DNA from: Vicugna vicugna
Taxonomy: Eukaryota
Assembly (NCBI GenBank): GCA_013265495.1
Contig: MU057880.1
Span: 1,084,527 to 1,148,526, forward strand
Reading direction: 5' to 3'
Length of the DNA stretch: 64,000 nucleotides
The translations under genes were made by a program, and so were the position numbers. Below the pieces are notes generated by a model. The model saw only the letters and a program-made list of their open reading frames with translations. It ran no database searches and was not told where the DNA came from. Below, in pieces: positions 53,940-64,000 of the stretch (position 1 is its first letter; the number at the start of each line of letters is the position of its first letter).

Positions 53940-54434
53940 CAGGCAGATCTCAGAGATACAGCACGTTTGGTTCCAGACCACCGGAGCAAAGCAAATATTG
54001 TGAATAAAGCAAGTCATATGAATTGTTATGGTTTCCAAGTTCATATCAAAATTGTGTTCAGGCTATACTGTAGTCAACTGAGTGTGCAATAGCATTATGT
54101 CTAGAAAACCTGCCTTAATTAAAAAAATGCCTAAGTGCTAAAAAGTGCTACCCATCACTGGAGCCTTCAGCGAGTCATAATCTTTTGTAGCAGCAACATC
54201 AAAGGTCACTGATCACAGATCACCATGACAAACATAACAAAAATGGAAAAGTTGAAACATTGCGAAAATTACCAAAACGCAACACACAGACACGAAGTGA
54301 GCACGTGCTGTTGGGAGAAGGGTGCCGATAGATCTGTTTGATGCAGGATTGCCACAAACCTTCAGTTTGTAAAACAAATACTCAGCATCTGTGAAGCACA
54401 ATAAAGCCAAATTCAATAAAGTGAGGTATGTCTG
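53940..54434 (-). mobile_element. Internally deleted Tigger1 (TcMar-Tigger MITE-like, Tigger1a type)
   Basis: Degenerate TIRs caggcagatctc / gaggtatgtctg; TA immediately left; both Tigger1 ends present within ~500 bp. Confidence 0.8.
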
Positions 54435-55047
54435 TCATTGTTTCCATAGTGAGTTTCCATTTATCATCATTGTTCCTCGCAACAATCCTTAAAAGTAGGT
54501 ATTAACCTTGTTTTTCAGATGAGGAAACACTTCCAGAGTGAATAATTTATCTTGCTACGGGTGAAATTGGGTGAAATTAGAGGATAACAGAGAGGACGTT
54601 TGAATTCGAATCTGTCTGTTTCTGAAGGATGCATCCTTATTCTGTTACTTTATTGCAATGCCCCCCACCCCAAGGTTAAAGAAAATCACTGAAATCAGTA
54701 ATGTGAACTTTTAATATTGTTTAAGAAACCGAAGAATGTGTTGCTTATTGGGATCTGAATTCTTCCTCCCAGGAGAGGGTGGCTGGTCTTCAAACAGGAC
54801 CTCTGGTGTGTGGGTGTGGTGGCGTGAGGTTTGGACAGACCGTATCTACCAGGTCATATCTGGTATGAGGTTTGGATCTTTTCTGCCTGACTGAGCTAGA
54901 ATCAGGGCTGACAATGGAGTGTGGGCAGGAGTCAGCAATTCGTGGGAGTCAATTTGGATTAGAGAGTCAGTAAGGAACAAGGAGTGAAGCCATGAAGATA
55001 AATATGTTTATCCATCAGTTGCCACATAAATAAATCAATCTCTTAAG

Positions 55048-55815
55048 CCTCCTACACTGTTTGTGAGAATGGAATTTGGTGCAGCCACTATGGGAAACAG
55101 TATGGAGATTCTTTAAAAAACTAAAAATAGACTTACCCTATGATCCAGCAATCCTACTCCTGGGCATATATCTGAAGAAAACTCTAATTTGGAAAGATAT
55201 ATGCACCCCAATGTTCATAGCAGCAATGTTTACAACAGCCAAGGCATGGAAAAACCCAAGTGTCCACTGACAGATGACTGGACACACATACAAAGTGGAA
55301 TTATATAGATATATAATAGAATAATATAATATATATAATATAATGTTAATATAATATATATAATTGAATACTACTCAGTCATAAAAAAGAATGAAATAAT
55401 ACAGCAACATGAATGGACCTGGAGATGATCATACTAAGTGAAGTAAGTCAGACAGAGAAAGACAAATATATGATATCATTTATATGTGGAATGAAAAAAT
55501 GACACAAATAAACTTATTTATAAAATGGAAACAGACTCACAAACTCACAAACTTACGGTTACCAAAGGGGAAGGTGGAGGAGATATAATCTAGCGGTTTG
55601 GGATAAACAGACACACACTACTGTATAAAAAATAGATAAACCACAAGGTCCTACTGTACAGCACAGGGAACTATATTCAATATCTCATAATAACCTATAA
55701 TGAAAAAGAATATATACACATATGTATAACTGAATCACTTTGCTGTACACCAGAAACTAACATAACATAGTAGATTAACTATACTTCAGTTAAAAAAAAA
55801 TTTAAAAAAGAAAAA
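55048..55815 (+). mobile_element. L1 3' end
   Basis: [32 protein letters not shown] followed by 3'UTR and A-tail. Confidence 0.92.
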
Positions 55816-55999
55816 CAACCAGTCCCTTGACAGCAGCACTGTGAGAGAAGCGGAACGTGGGAGTTGGTAGACTTTTCGGAGGCCAAGTGGGTAGCGGTAT
55901 CTCAAAATGAAGAGTGTGTACACTTTAGTCTAACGGTTTCGCTGCTGGTGTCTTGCAGGACCAGAGGAGCACACAGGCTGGGGCTTATTTCCCCCACAA

Positions 56000-56400
56000 A
56001 TGAGACAGGTGGCTCGACCTAGGTACTCCACCGGGGCCCCCAGATTGGAGCAGGCACTGTCCTGGCCCTGGGAGGGTGCCAAACGTGGTCCCTCTAGTCC
56101 TTCCAGAAGGTTCTGTCCCCAGTCGCAGACTGTTTCTTCCCACGCAGGTGCTGCTCAGGACTCGGCTGAACCCTGGAGGAGGACCCTCTGCAGACTTGCA
56201 GGTGTCTTCCTCCGGGCAGCTGTCTTCTCCAGGTCTCTGCCTGGCCGAGCCTGGCCCCTCCCTCTCCCCAGAGTCTCCGGTCCATCTCCTCACCTCTGGG
56301 AGACCCTTGCCTCCAGGAAGGAGGCCTCCCCTTCCTGCCCTGGGGCTGGAGGCCCTCCAGGCAGGGAGCCGGGCTGCAAGGTGTTCTGTTTCCCAGGATC
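56000..56400 (-). mobile_element. Old L1 5' UTR-like fragment
   Basis: Reverse complement (tctgcagagggtcctcc..ttcagccgagtcctgagcagcac..ggggacagaacc..aggactagaggga) resembles 61580-61690 and remembered L1M 5' ends. Confidence 0.55.
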
Positions 56401-56458
56401 AACCTTTCATTATTTGATGTGTCCCTAAAACCATTGTTCCAAAGGCTTTGTCTATGCC

Positions 56459-57064
56459 TCCTGGGCCGGGGAGGCTCTGGAGGGGGTGGCGCTGGTGGCG
56501 GTGGCTGAGGAGGATTCCCCAGTGGCAGTGGTGGCGGTGGCCGAGGGGGATTCCCCAGTGGCAGTGGTGGCGGTGGAGGACAGCAGTGAGCTGGGGACTG
56601 GAAGTGTCCTCACCCTCCACGTGAGACCATGGACTTCTCTCAGAGGAATGAATGCAACCAGCAGAAGGCCCCTAAACCAGATGGCCCAGGAGGGGGACCA
56701 GGAGGCTCTCCTATGGGGGTAACCATGGAGATGATCGTCATGGTGGCAGAGGAGGCCGAGGAGGGGACCACAGGGGCTTCTGAGGGCCCGGGGTGGTGGG
56801 GACAGAGTGGCTTTGGCCCTGGCGAGGTGGCCTCCGGGGTGAGCACGCACAGGACCGCAGGGAGCGGCCGCAGCAGCCTGGCTCCTGACGTTCTGGAGCA
56901 GCTTTCCTTCCTGGACCCACTTTTATGCTCATTATTTTGTAACCTTCCAGCTCCTGATCACCCACAGGTTTTTTGTGTTGAACCATGTAATTGTAACCAT
57001 ACCTCTGGTTCCCAATAAAAATCATCATTTCAGTTAAAAAAAAAAAGAGAAAAAAACCAAAAAA
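56459..57064 (+). pseudogene. FUS: FUS processed pseudogene, 5'-truncated (RGG2, RanBP2-type zinc finger, RGG3, PY-NLS, 3'UTR, poly(A))
   Basis: Reads [85 protein letters not shown] across frameshifts, matching the FUS C-terminus ([51 protein letters not shown]). It continues into FUS-like 3'UTR (agcctggctcc..ttattttgtaaccttcc..tgtaattgtaac.atacctctggttccc), AATAAA at 57014-57019 and an A-tail from 57036. No introns; TGA stops at 56506, 56587 and 56781. Confidence 0.95.
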
Positions 57065-58837
57065 CTAAACTGCTATCCCATGCTGGCCACAAGTGGAAGA
57101 CGACTGCTTCTGAAAGGACAGCTATGGAGAGAATAATTATTAACCAGAACGATGATGCTGGCCATAGCCGTTCATTGACAAAAACTCTCTCGTTTTGCAG
57201 CTCTCTACTCTTTGCAAGTCGCCTGGGTGACTTTTCCCTGGGGCAGAACTTTCTCTGTTTGGGAGAGGGACACATCCTGGGTGTCAGGATGTGGGTGGGG
57301 CCGGGGGGGGGACATCTCCAGACGAGATTCCTCGTGGTCGGGCTTTACTTCCAGAGGGGCAGTTCGGGGCAAGAGTCACACACGGACTCGGTGGGAAGGG
57401 CGTCACTGCGCTCGCTTCCGTAATCTTACAGACTTCGTGCGTTTTGTCTCATTTCAGCATCACCCTCGCTCACAGTGACCCTTTAAGCAAACCCTTGCTC
57501 CTCACAGCGCACACCTGCTTCTTCTCCCGAGTGGATCCACGTAATCGCTTTCCTTCGGGATGACCTGCTCTGCAGTCTTACCTCTGAGCAAACAGGCCTG
57601 GTTGCTAACTCTTAGGACTCTCAGTCCTGTATCTTTCAGAATCTCAGAAGGAGTTCAAATTTCTGGACACGTCAAACATGTAATGTCTAAATATCTCATT
57701 CCAGTGTCTCCACTTTGTCAATTTTCTGGTAAGATTCATGTACATTTCAGCTAGAATTCATGCATGTTCAGCTGGGGTTTAAAGCTAATTTCCGATCATT
57801 TTTCCCTTTGAAAGTTCCTGCCACCTCATTTCTTCCCCGTAAGATAGGAAGTAAGTTGTCCGTGTGAAATATCAGTTTGTGGTGCTGCTGTGTGACTTTA
57901 AATCAAACCTAATTTCTGTCTTTTACTGTCCCTGTAATACACTGCAAAAATTGTTACTTTTTAAAAAGTTTTCCAAGTTCTCTTCAGATATAACACTTTT
58001 CCTCTGTCATGGGTTAATGAAGGCTTCCTGTTTGGTTTGTGAATTTCATTTAAGAATGTAATAAAGGAAGTATGCAAACAAGTCTCTTAATTTTGTGACG
58101 GACCCAGGGCAATAAAAATATCTTGTTAGTTTATAAAAAACCCTTTGGGATTGTTTCAGCAAAGTAAGAATCTCTGCTTGCCCAAAGAAATAATAAACTC
58201 CCTCTCAGTCAGCTGTAAATGTGTGTAAACAAACCTAGTGAGGAATGAGTTTGGCAAGGCATAGTCAGATTTTGATCTGGAGATTTCATTTTATTTCCAC
58301 ATGGCAGATTTATAATTTGAGCAAGGGCTTGAGGTGAAATGGATTGAGGGAAGCCTTGGCGGAGAGCATTTCTTCCTGTGATGGTTTCCAGCAGAATCCA
58401 GATCTCCCTGAAGGGCTAGCTTCTACGTGAGGACATCCTCTGGGTGTCCGAGCCCCATCATGGGACACGAACTTCTTGGAGCCCACTTGCTGCAGACAAA
58501 TATAACCATACCTCACAAACAAACACTGGTTAGAATGGACGGCCAGTACTTTGTGTGTGAGGAAGCACACTTATTTCATCCCAGTCCTTGCAATCTGCTC
58601 CCCAGACAAGTCGTTATTTCAGTCGCCCTCTGCCAGGACGCCACTTGACCTGTGAGGGGAGAGAGTCTTCTGCTGAAGACTTCAGGGTTTATTTTAGATA
58701 AAAATGATTCGCTGTCACTAAATGTATGAGTCTGATTTTTTTCCCCAGGTAATTTACATGACATACAGAGAAGCAAGTTTCTTACCAGAAGCATTTAAAG
58801 AATTAAGTACATTTAGCTGTGACTTTTAAAAAAAATG

Positions 58838-58959
58838 TATTTATTGAGGGGGGAGGCAATTAGGTTTATTTATTTATTATTAACAGAGGCACTGGGGATT
58901 GAACCCAGGACCTCATGCATGCTAAGCAGGTGCTCTACCACTGAGCTAGACCCTCCCCA
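58838..58959 (-). mobile_element. tRNA-derived SINE, camelid Vic-1 type
   Basis: gaggcactggggattgaacccaggacctcatgcatgctaagcaggtgctctaccactgagcta; same family as 7513-7650. Confidence 0.85.
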
Positions 58960-59574
58960 CTTGCTATGGTTTCCTAAGACAATGTTTCCAGTGTGGTGGC
59001 TGCACCGTCAGAGCCCTGGGTGCCCCGCCATTGACTCACTCCCTGGCCAGGGCAGCTGAACACCAGGAGCCCCCCACTGCTCCACCTCATCCGATCTTCC
59101 CTGTGTAGAGGCACCGCCTTGCTTTCAAGCCCCAAGCCTGCATTTGACGCCTGCACTGGCATCTTGCCCAGACAGATCCCCCAAAGCTCAGCGGAGCTCG
59201 AGTTGTTCACTCTGTGGCTGCAGAACCAAGAGGCATTGTTGAGGGTGTGAGCAGAGCTTGGAGATGTGGACTGAATCCTCTCCCCACTACCCAGATGTGC
59301 TCTGAGGCCCCTTAGAGGACTGGGTGGATCTGGGTAGTAGTGGGTGGGAGCTGGGGGGGCATCAGGACCTGGGTTGCATTCTTCCTGGGCTGTAAGTGAT
59401 GAGAGAGGGCTTTAGGTGGGGAGGTCGGAAGTCATGAAAAGCTGAGGTATGTAAGGTTTTTTTCTGAGATAGCTTATGTACATGTGTAAACGGGGTGCAT
59501 AGCACTGAGCTTAAATAAAAGTACAATGAGAAGATGGCATCAACTCAGTTGTCAAGAGCAAGGGACCATTTTTA

Positions 59575-60493
59575 TTCCTTTTTTTTTTACTGAAGTGTAG
59601 TCAATTTACAATGCTAGTTTCAGGCGTACAGCCAAGCGATTCAGTTATACATGTACACATATACATAAATTTTTTTCAGTTTCTTTTCCATTATGGCTCA
59701 TTACAAGAAATTGAACAGAATTCCCTGTGCTATACAGCAGGTCCTTGTTGTTTATCTATTTTATATATAATAGTGTGTATCTGTTAATCCCAAACTCCTG
59801 ATCTATCCCTCCCCACCCCTTTCCCCACTAGTAACCACAATTTGTTTTCCATGTCTGTGAGTCTATTTCTGGTTTGTAAATAAAATTGGTATCTTTTTTT
59901 TAGATTCCACATATAAGTGACATCATATGATATTTTTCTTTCTCTTTCTGACTTACTTTGCTTAATATGGTCATTTGTAGGTCTATCCATGTTGCTGCAA
60001 ATGGCATGATTTCACTCATTTTTAGGGCTGAGTAAGTATTCCATTTATATATGTACCACAGCTTCTTTATCCAGGCATCTGTTGATGGACATCTAGGTTG
60101 CTTCCATGTCTTGGCTATTGTAAATAGTGCTGCTGTGAACATCGAGGCACATGTATCTTTTTGAATTTAAGTTTTCTCCAGATATATGCCCAGGAGTGGG
60201 GTTGCTGGATCTATTTTTAGTTTTTTAAGGAACTTCCTTACTGTTTTCCATAACAGCTGCATCAACTTACATCCCCACCAACAATGTAGGAGGGTCCATC
60301 TTTCTCCACTCCCTCTCCGGCATTTATTATTTGTGAATTTTTTAATGATGGCCATTCTGACTGGTGTGAGGTGATACCTCATTGTACTTTTGATTTGCAT
60401 TTCTCTAGTAATTAGTGAAATTGAGGATCTTTTCATGAGCCTGTTGGCCATCTGGATGTCTTCTTTGGGGAAATGTCTCTTTAGACCTTCTGT
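59575..60493 (-). mobile_element. L1 3' end
   Basis: ORFs 59900-60451 are the L1 ORF2 C-terminus. Confidence 0.92.
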
Positions 60494-60759
60494 AAGTTCA
60501 AGGGATCTTTAAGTGACACACACTGGGTTTGCACTGGTGTCTCCTCCTTTCCCCTGTGCTCCTTCCTCTGAGGAAGACCCCACCCAGAAAGTGATCCCAA
60601 TCAGGGTGAAGGAGAGCAGGGAGCAGGCTGAAGGGCCGTCCTGGGCCACTCACTGTCCAGTTGGAGCAGATGTGAGACTGGCCGCTAGTGGTCTTGGGAA
60701 TCATTGCGGAATTAGCTGAAGGCCAGCACGGGTTCCAAGTCCATCACGGACAGGACAAA

Positions 60760-61700
60760 CAAGGTGCTCCCAAGGCAGGTGCTCATAAGACTCTTCAGAA
60801 ATCAAGGTGAGAGGACTTTTGTAGTAACAGGGAACTGGATTTAGCCTCTTGCTTGAATAACAAAAACTGGACATAATGAAACAGTGGCTTGTCGACACGG
60901 GACATGAAGTAGCAAAGGACAAGAATCCCTGAGAGGGGAGGGGAGAAACAAGCAAGGGGAGACCTACGATCGCCCCAGTTTACTGCCTGAGAGAGTTTTC
61001 AGGCCAGGGCAGTGGGAGGGGGGCCCCGGTGGAGGTCGTGGCACCCTGAGTGGGGGAGCTGGAGAGGATAAATTGGGTAGGCTGAGGCACAGAGGTTTAT
61101 AGGGCGTTCTGCACAGCGAGATGAGTCAGACAGAGAAAGACATACCGCACAGTGTCACTCAGGTGTGGACTCCACAAAAGCTGAACTCGTAGAAATGGAG
61201 AGTAGGGTGGTGGGTACCAGGGGCTGAGGTCAGGGGAGAACTGGGGAGCCTTTGGTCCGAGGGTGCGAACTTGCAGCTAGAAGAGCTCCAGAGATGTGAT
61301 GCACAGCATCATGGTCACGATCAGCAACACCGTGCTACAAACTCCCACGATGCCAAGAGGCAGATCTTAATTGTTCTCAGTACGAAAAGACATGATAATT
61401 ACATGATGTGACAGGTGTCAAGTGGCGCTACGGTGGTCCTCATACTGCAATATATCAGTGCATTAGACCAACATGCTGTACACCTTGAACTGACACAGTG
61501 TTGTATGACAGTTATATCTCAATAAAAAAAAATTACGAGGCTGAGAACCTGAGAGAAGGGAGCTTCAGAGAACTTCAAAAATCTGTAGACGGTTCCCTGA
61601 AGTCTTCACCTGAGTATAGACCAGTGCTCAAGTGTGAGGAAGTTACCCGCAGCCAAGGGGGAAAAGAACACCCCAAAGGTTTAGAGGAACCATCCCCCCA
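60760..61700 (+). mobile_element. Old L1 5' UTR-like fragment, interrupted by an L1 3' end
   Basis: cctacgatcgccccagtttactgcctgagagagttttcaggcca and tctgtagacggttccc..gtgtgaggaagttaccc..aaagaacaccccaaaggtttagagg. Confidence 0.55.
61122..61532 (+). mobile_element. L1 3' end (L1MA/MB-like), unusually GC/CpG-rich
   Basis: Same family as 7692-8058; ends ttatatctcaataaaaaaaaa. Confidence 0.85.
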
Positions 61701-62899
61701 ATAGTCTAAATAGGCCCATTAAAAGGCAGAAATTCTATGAGGGAATAAAAAAGCAGTGTGGTTGGAATAAAAAATGGTACCTTGAAAGAACAATGAAGTA
61801 CTAGTGAAATTAAAGCTTATTTGCCCAAATTAAAGAAAAATTCTTTTAAGTCTATAATGAAACCTGATTCATGACCATTGGGAAGGTTTGTAAAATTTTG
61901 AAAAACTTGTATCAAAATTAAAATATATTTGTTTCAATTATATCTGTGGTCTGAGAAAATTAATTACACATGAGCCTTTAACCTTTTTTTCCCCGAAATT
62001 TCTTCAACTCTCATCCAAAATGGTGGATGAATAAAAATATACTACCAAAAATTTCTCCATATCATATGATGTCATAGAACTTACTCTTTCCTTGGTGGGG
62101 ATGGATTTTTTTTTACCTACCGAGTTCTTACTAGAGTCTAAATAAAAACAAGATTTGTTAAAGTTTTCTGGAGTCTATGCTTTGTTTTCTGGGTGAATGT
62201 TCGTTTATGAACTGAAATCGATATTCAGACAGGTCAGGTCACGAAATCTCAGTGGAGAGATTGCCACGAGCCAGGCACGCTCTTAACATCCTCACAAGTC
62301 AGTGGTGTGGGCTCTATTATATCATTTTTATTCTTACAGATGAGAAAACGGAAGTCCAGGGACGTTAAGGAATTAACCCAAGGGCTTCAGGAAGAGGCTT
62401 TGCATGAATCTCACGTGTTCTGATTAAAAAGCCCATTATTCTGACTCCATTATATTGTGTTGGTTTGAGAATTGACTATACTTCAATAAAAGAAATACAA
62501 TGTAAAAAGTAAAAATAAATAAAATACTATGTTAGTTTGGTATTCTCACTTCACTCTTTCATAGTAGAAAGGAAACTGTTAGTCTCTTACACTTGAGCTG
62601 AATTTACTTGCTGACCAGCAGGACCAGTGAATTCTGAATTAATCTCAGATCAAGAGCCTTCTGCCCTCTTGGCTGTGTGATCACTTGAGAAAATTTCACT
62701 GGGTTTCCCCTTTAGCAAGGGATCCAACAGACGTGACCATTTCTTCTTATTCAGCTATTCATAAATTATTCTAGAATAATATTCTTTTTTTTCATCTTGT
62801 GACATATTTCTAAATGTCCATGGAGTCCACTCAAAGTAATGTATCTTTATTCCTATAGCAATATGCACATTTATTTCAACACAATCAAAAACTTTTATT

Positions 62900-63295
62900 T
62901 TCAATAACTTGTAATGACCTACAATGAAAAAGAATATGAAAAGGAATATATATATGTATAACTGAATCACTTTGCTGTGCACCAGAAACTAACACAACAT
63001 TGTAAAGCAACTATACTTCAATTAAAAAAAATGTATGTTGGGGGGTGGGAAGAGAAAAACTGGAAGTCTGAGATTTATAGATACTGACTGGCATGTATAA
63101 AATAGATAAACAAGCTTATACTGTACAGCACAGGGAAATATATTCAATATTTTGTAGTGGCTCACGATGAAAATGAGTATGTGTATATTACTGTATGACT
63201 GGAGAATTGTGCTGTACACCAGAAACTGACACAACATTGTAAACTGATTATACTTCAATTAAAAAAAAAAAGAAAAGTGAAAAAAAAATGTATGT
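62900..63295 (+). mobile_element. Two tandem L1 3' ends, the second inserted into the tail of the first
   Basis: TSD aaaaaaaatgtatgt at 63024-63038 and 63281-63295. Confidence 0.88.
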
Positions 63296-63297
63296 GG

Positions 63298-63644
63298 GAA
63301 GCCATCAGCTTGGGGTGCTGGAACAAAACCCACAGGCTGGGTGGCTTCACCAGCAGGCAGTTACTTCTCACGGTCTGGGGGCTGGGACATCTGGGATCAG
63401 GGTACCAGTATGGCCTTGGTGGTAGATGGTTGTCCTCTCTGTCCCCACATGGCAGGGACTGGAAGAGGCAGAGAGCTCTCCGGTGTCTCTTCTTCTAAGG
63501 GCACCAGTCCCGTCACGAGGGCCACCTTCCCACAACCTCATCTAAACCTAATTATCTTCCCAAAGTCTCATCTCTAAATAGCATCCTACTGAAGATTAGG
63601 GTTTCAATGTACACATTTTGGGGGGATACAGTCCAGTCCATAGC
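63298..63644 (-). mobile_element. MLT1A-like MaLR LTR
   Basis: cacaggctgggtggcttc..ttctcacggtctgggggctggga..acctcatctaaacctaattatcttcccaaag..cagtccagtccatagca. Confidence 0.85.
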
Positions 63645-63810
63645 AGTGCCTGTCTTGCCTCCTCAGCACGATCTTCTCAGAGACAACAACCTTGATTCAA
63701 TTCAAAGCATCTAGTTGACGTCTTAACAAGAATATAAAAAATAAATTTATTTTTTAACTTAAAATTTTAAAAAGATGAATCTGCTTTCTGATTTTTTTTT
63801 TTCAGTGAAG

Positions 63811-64000
63811 ATGTTGTGGAAGAATAGGTTCTTGCCTCGTGCAGGAAACAATTCAAGAGCAAGGCATGATAAAGTGAAAACAAGTTTATTAAGAAAGATA
63901 CACACTCCATAGACAGAGTGCCGGCTGTGTCACAAGGCAAAAGAGAGAGAGCGACCAAGAGGTGGGGGGTTGTTAGGTTTGATGGGTTCTGTAGTTTCAT
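63811..64000 (-). mobile_element. ERV LTR, truncated by the window edge
   Basis: Starts tgttgtggaa (antisense LTR 3' end); antisense poly(A) signal tttatt near 63885. Confidence 0.6.

Noticed and set aside
56452..57028. Several 68-132 aa ORFs on both strands
   Set aside because: Shifted or antisense frames of the FUS pseudogene

Overview
Repeat-dense mammalian genomic DNA, most likely from a camelid (camel/alpaca/llama). The basis is two tRNA-derived SINEs of the camelid Vic-1 type and many young L1 3' ends; I saw no Alu, B1, Bov-A/BovB or PRE-1 elements. I could not identify any intact protein-coding gene. The ORF track is explained by L1 ORF2 remnants, simple repeats and GC-rich chance ORFs. 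The one gene-derived sequence I recognise is a 5'-truncated, intronless, poly(A)-tailed FUS processed pseudogene at about 56459-57064. The rest is LINE-1 (including a twin-primed inverted copy with target-site duplications), L2, MIR, MaLR/ERV LTRs, MER45/MER5/MER3 and an internally deleted Tigger1, plus several CpG-rich patches that may be promoters. The most interesting signal is that dead sequences inside the GC-rich patches (FUS retrocopy, an L1 3' end, MIRs, a MER5) appear systematically shifted from A/T to G/C, as expected from GC-biased gene conversion at recombination hotspots. I found no evidence for a novel multi-gene system. Repeat family names come from remembered consensus sequences and boundaries are approximate; RepeatMasker/Dfam should confirm them.
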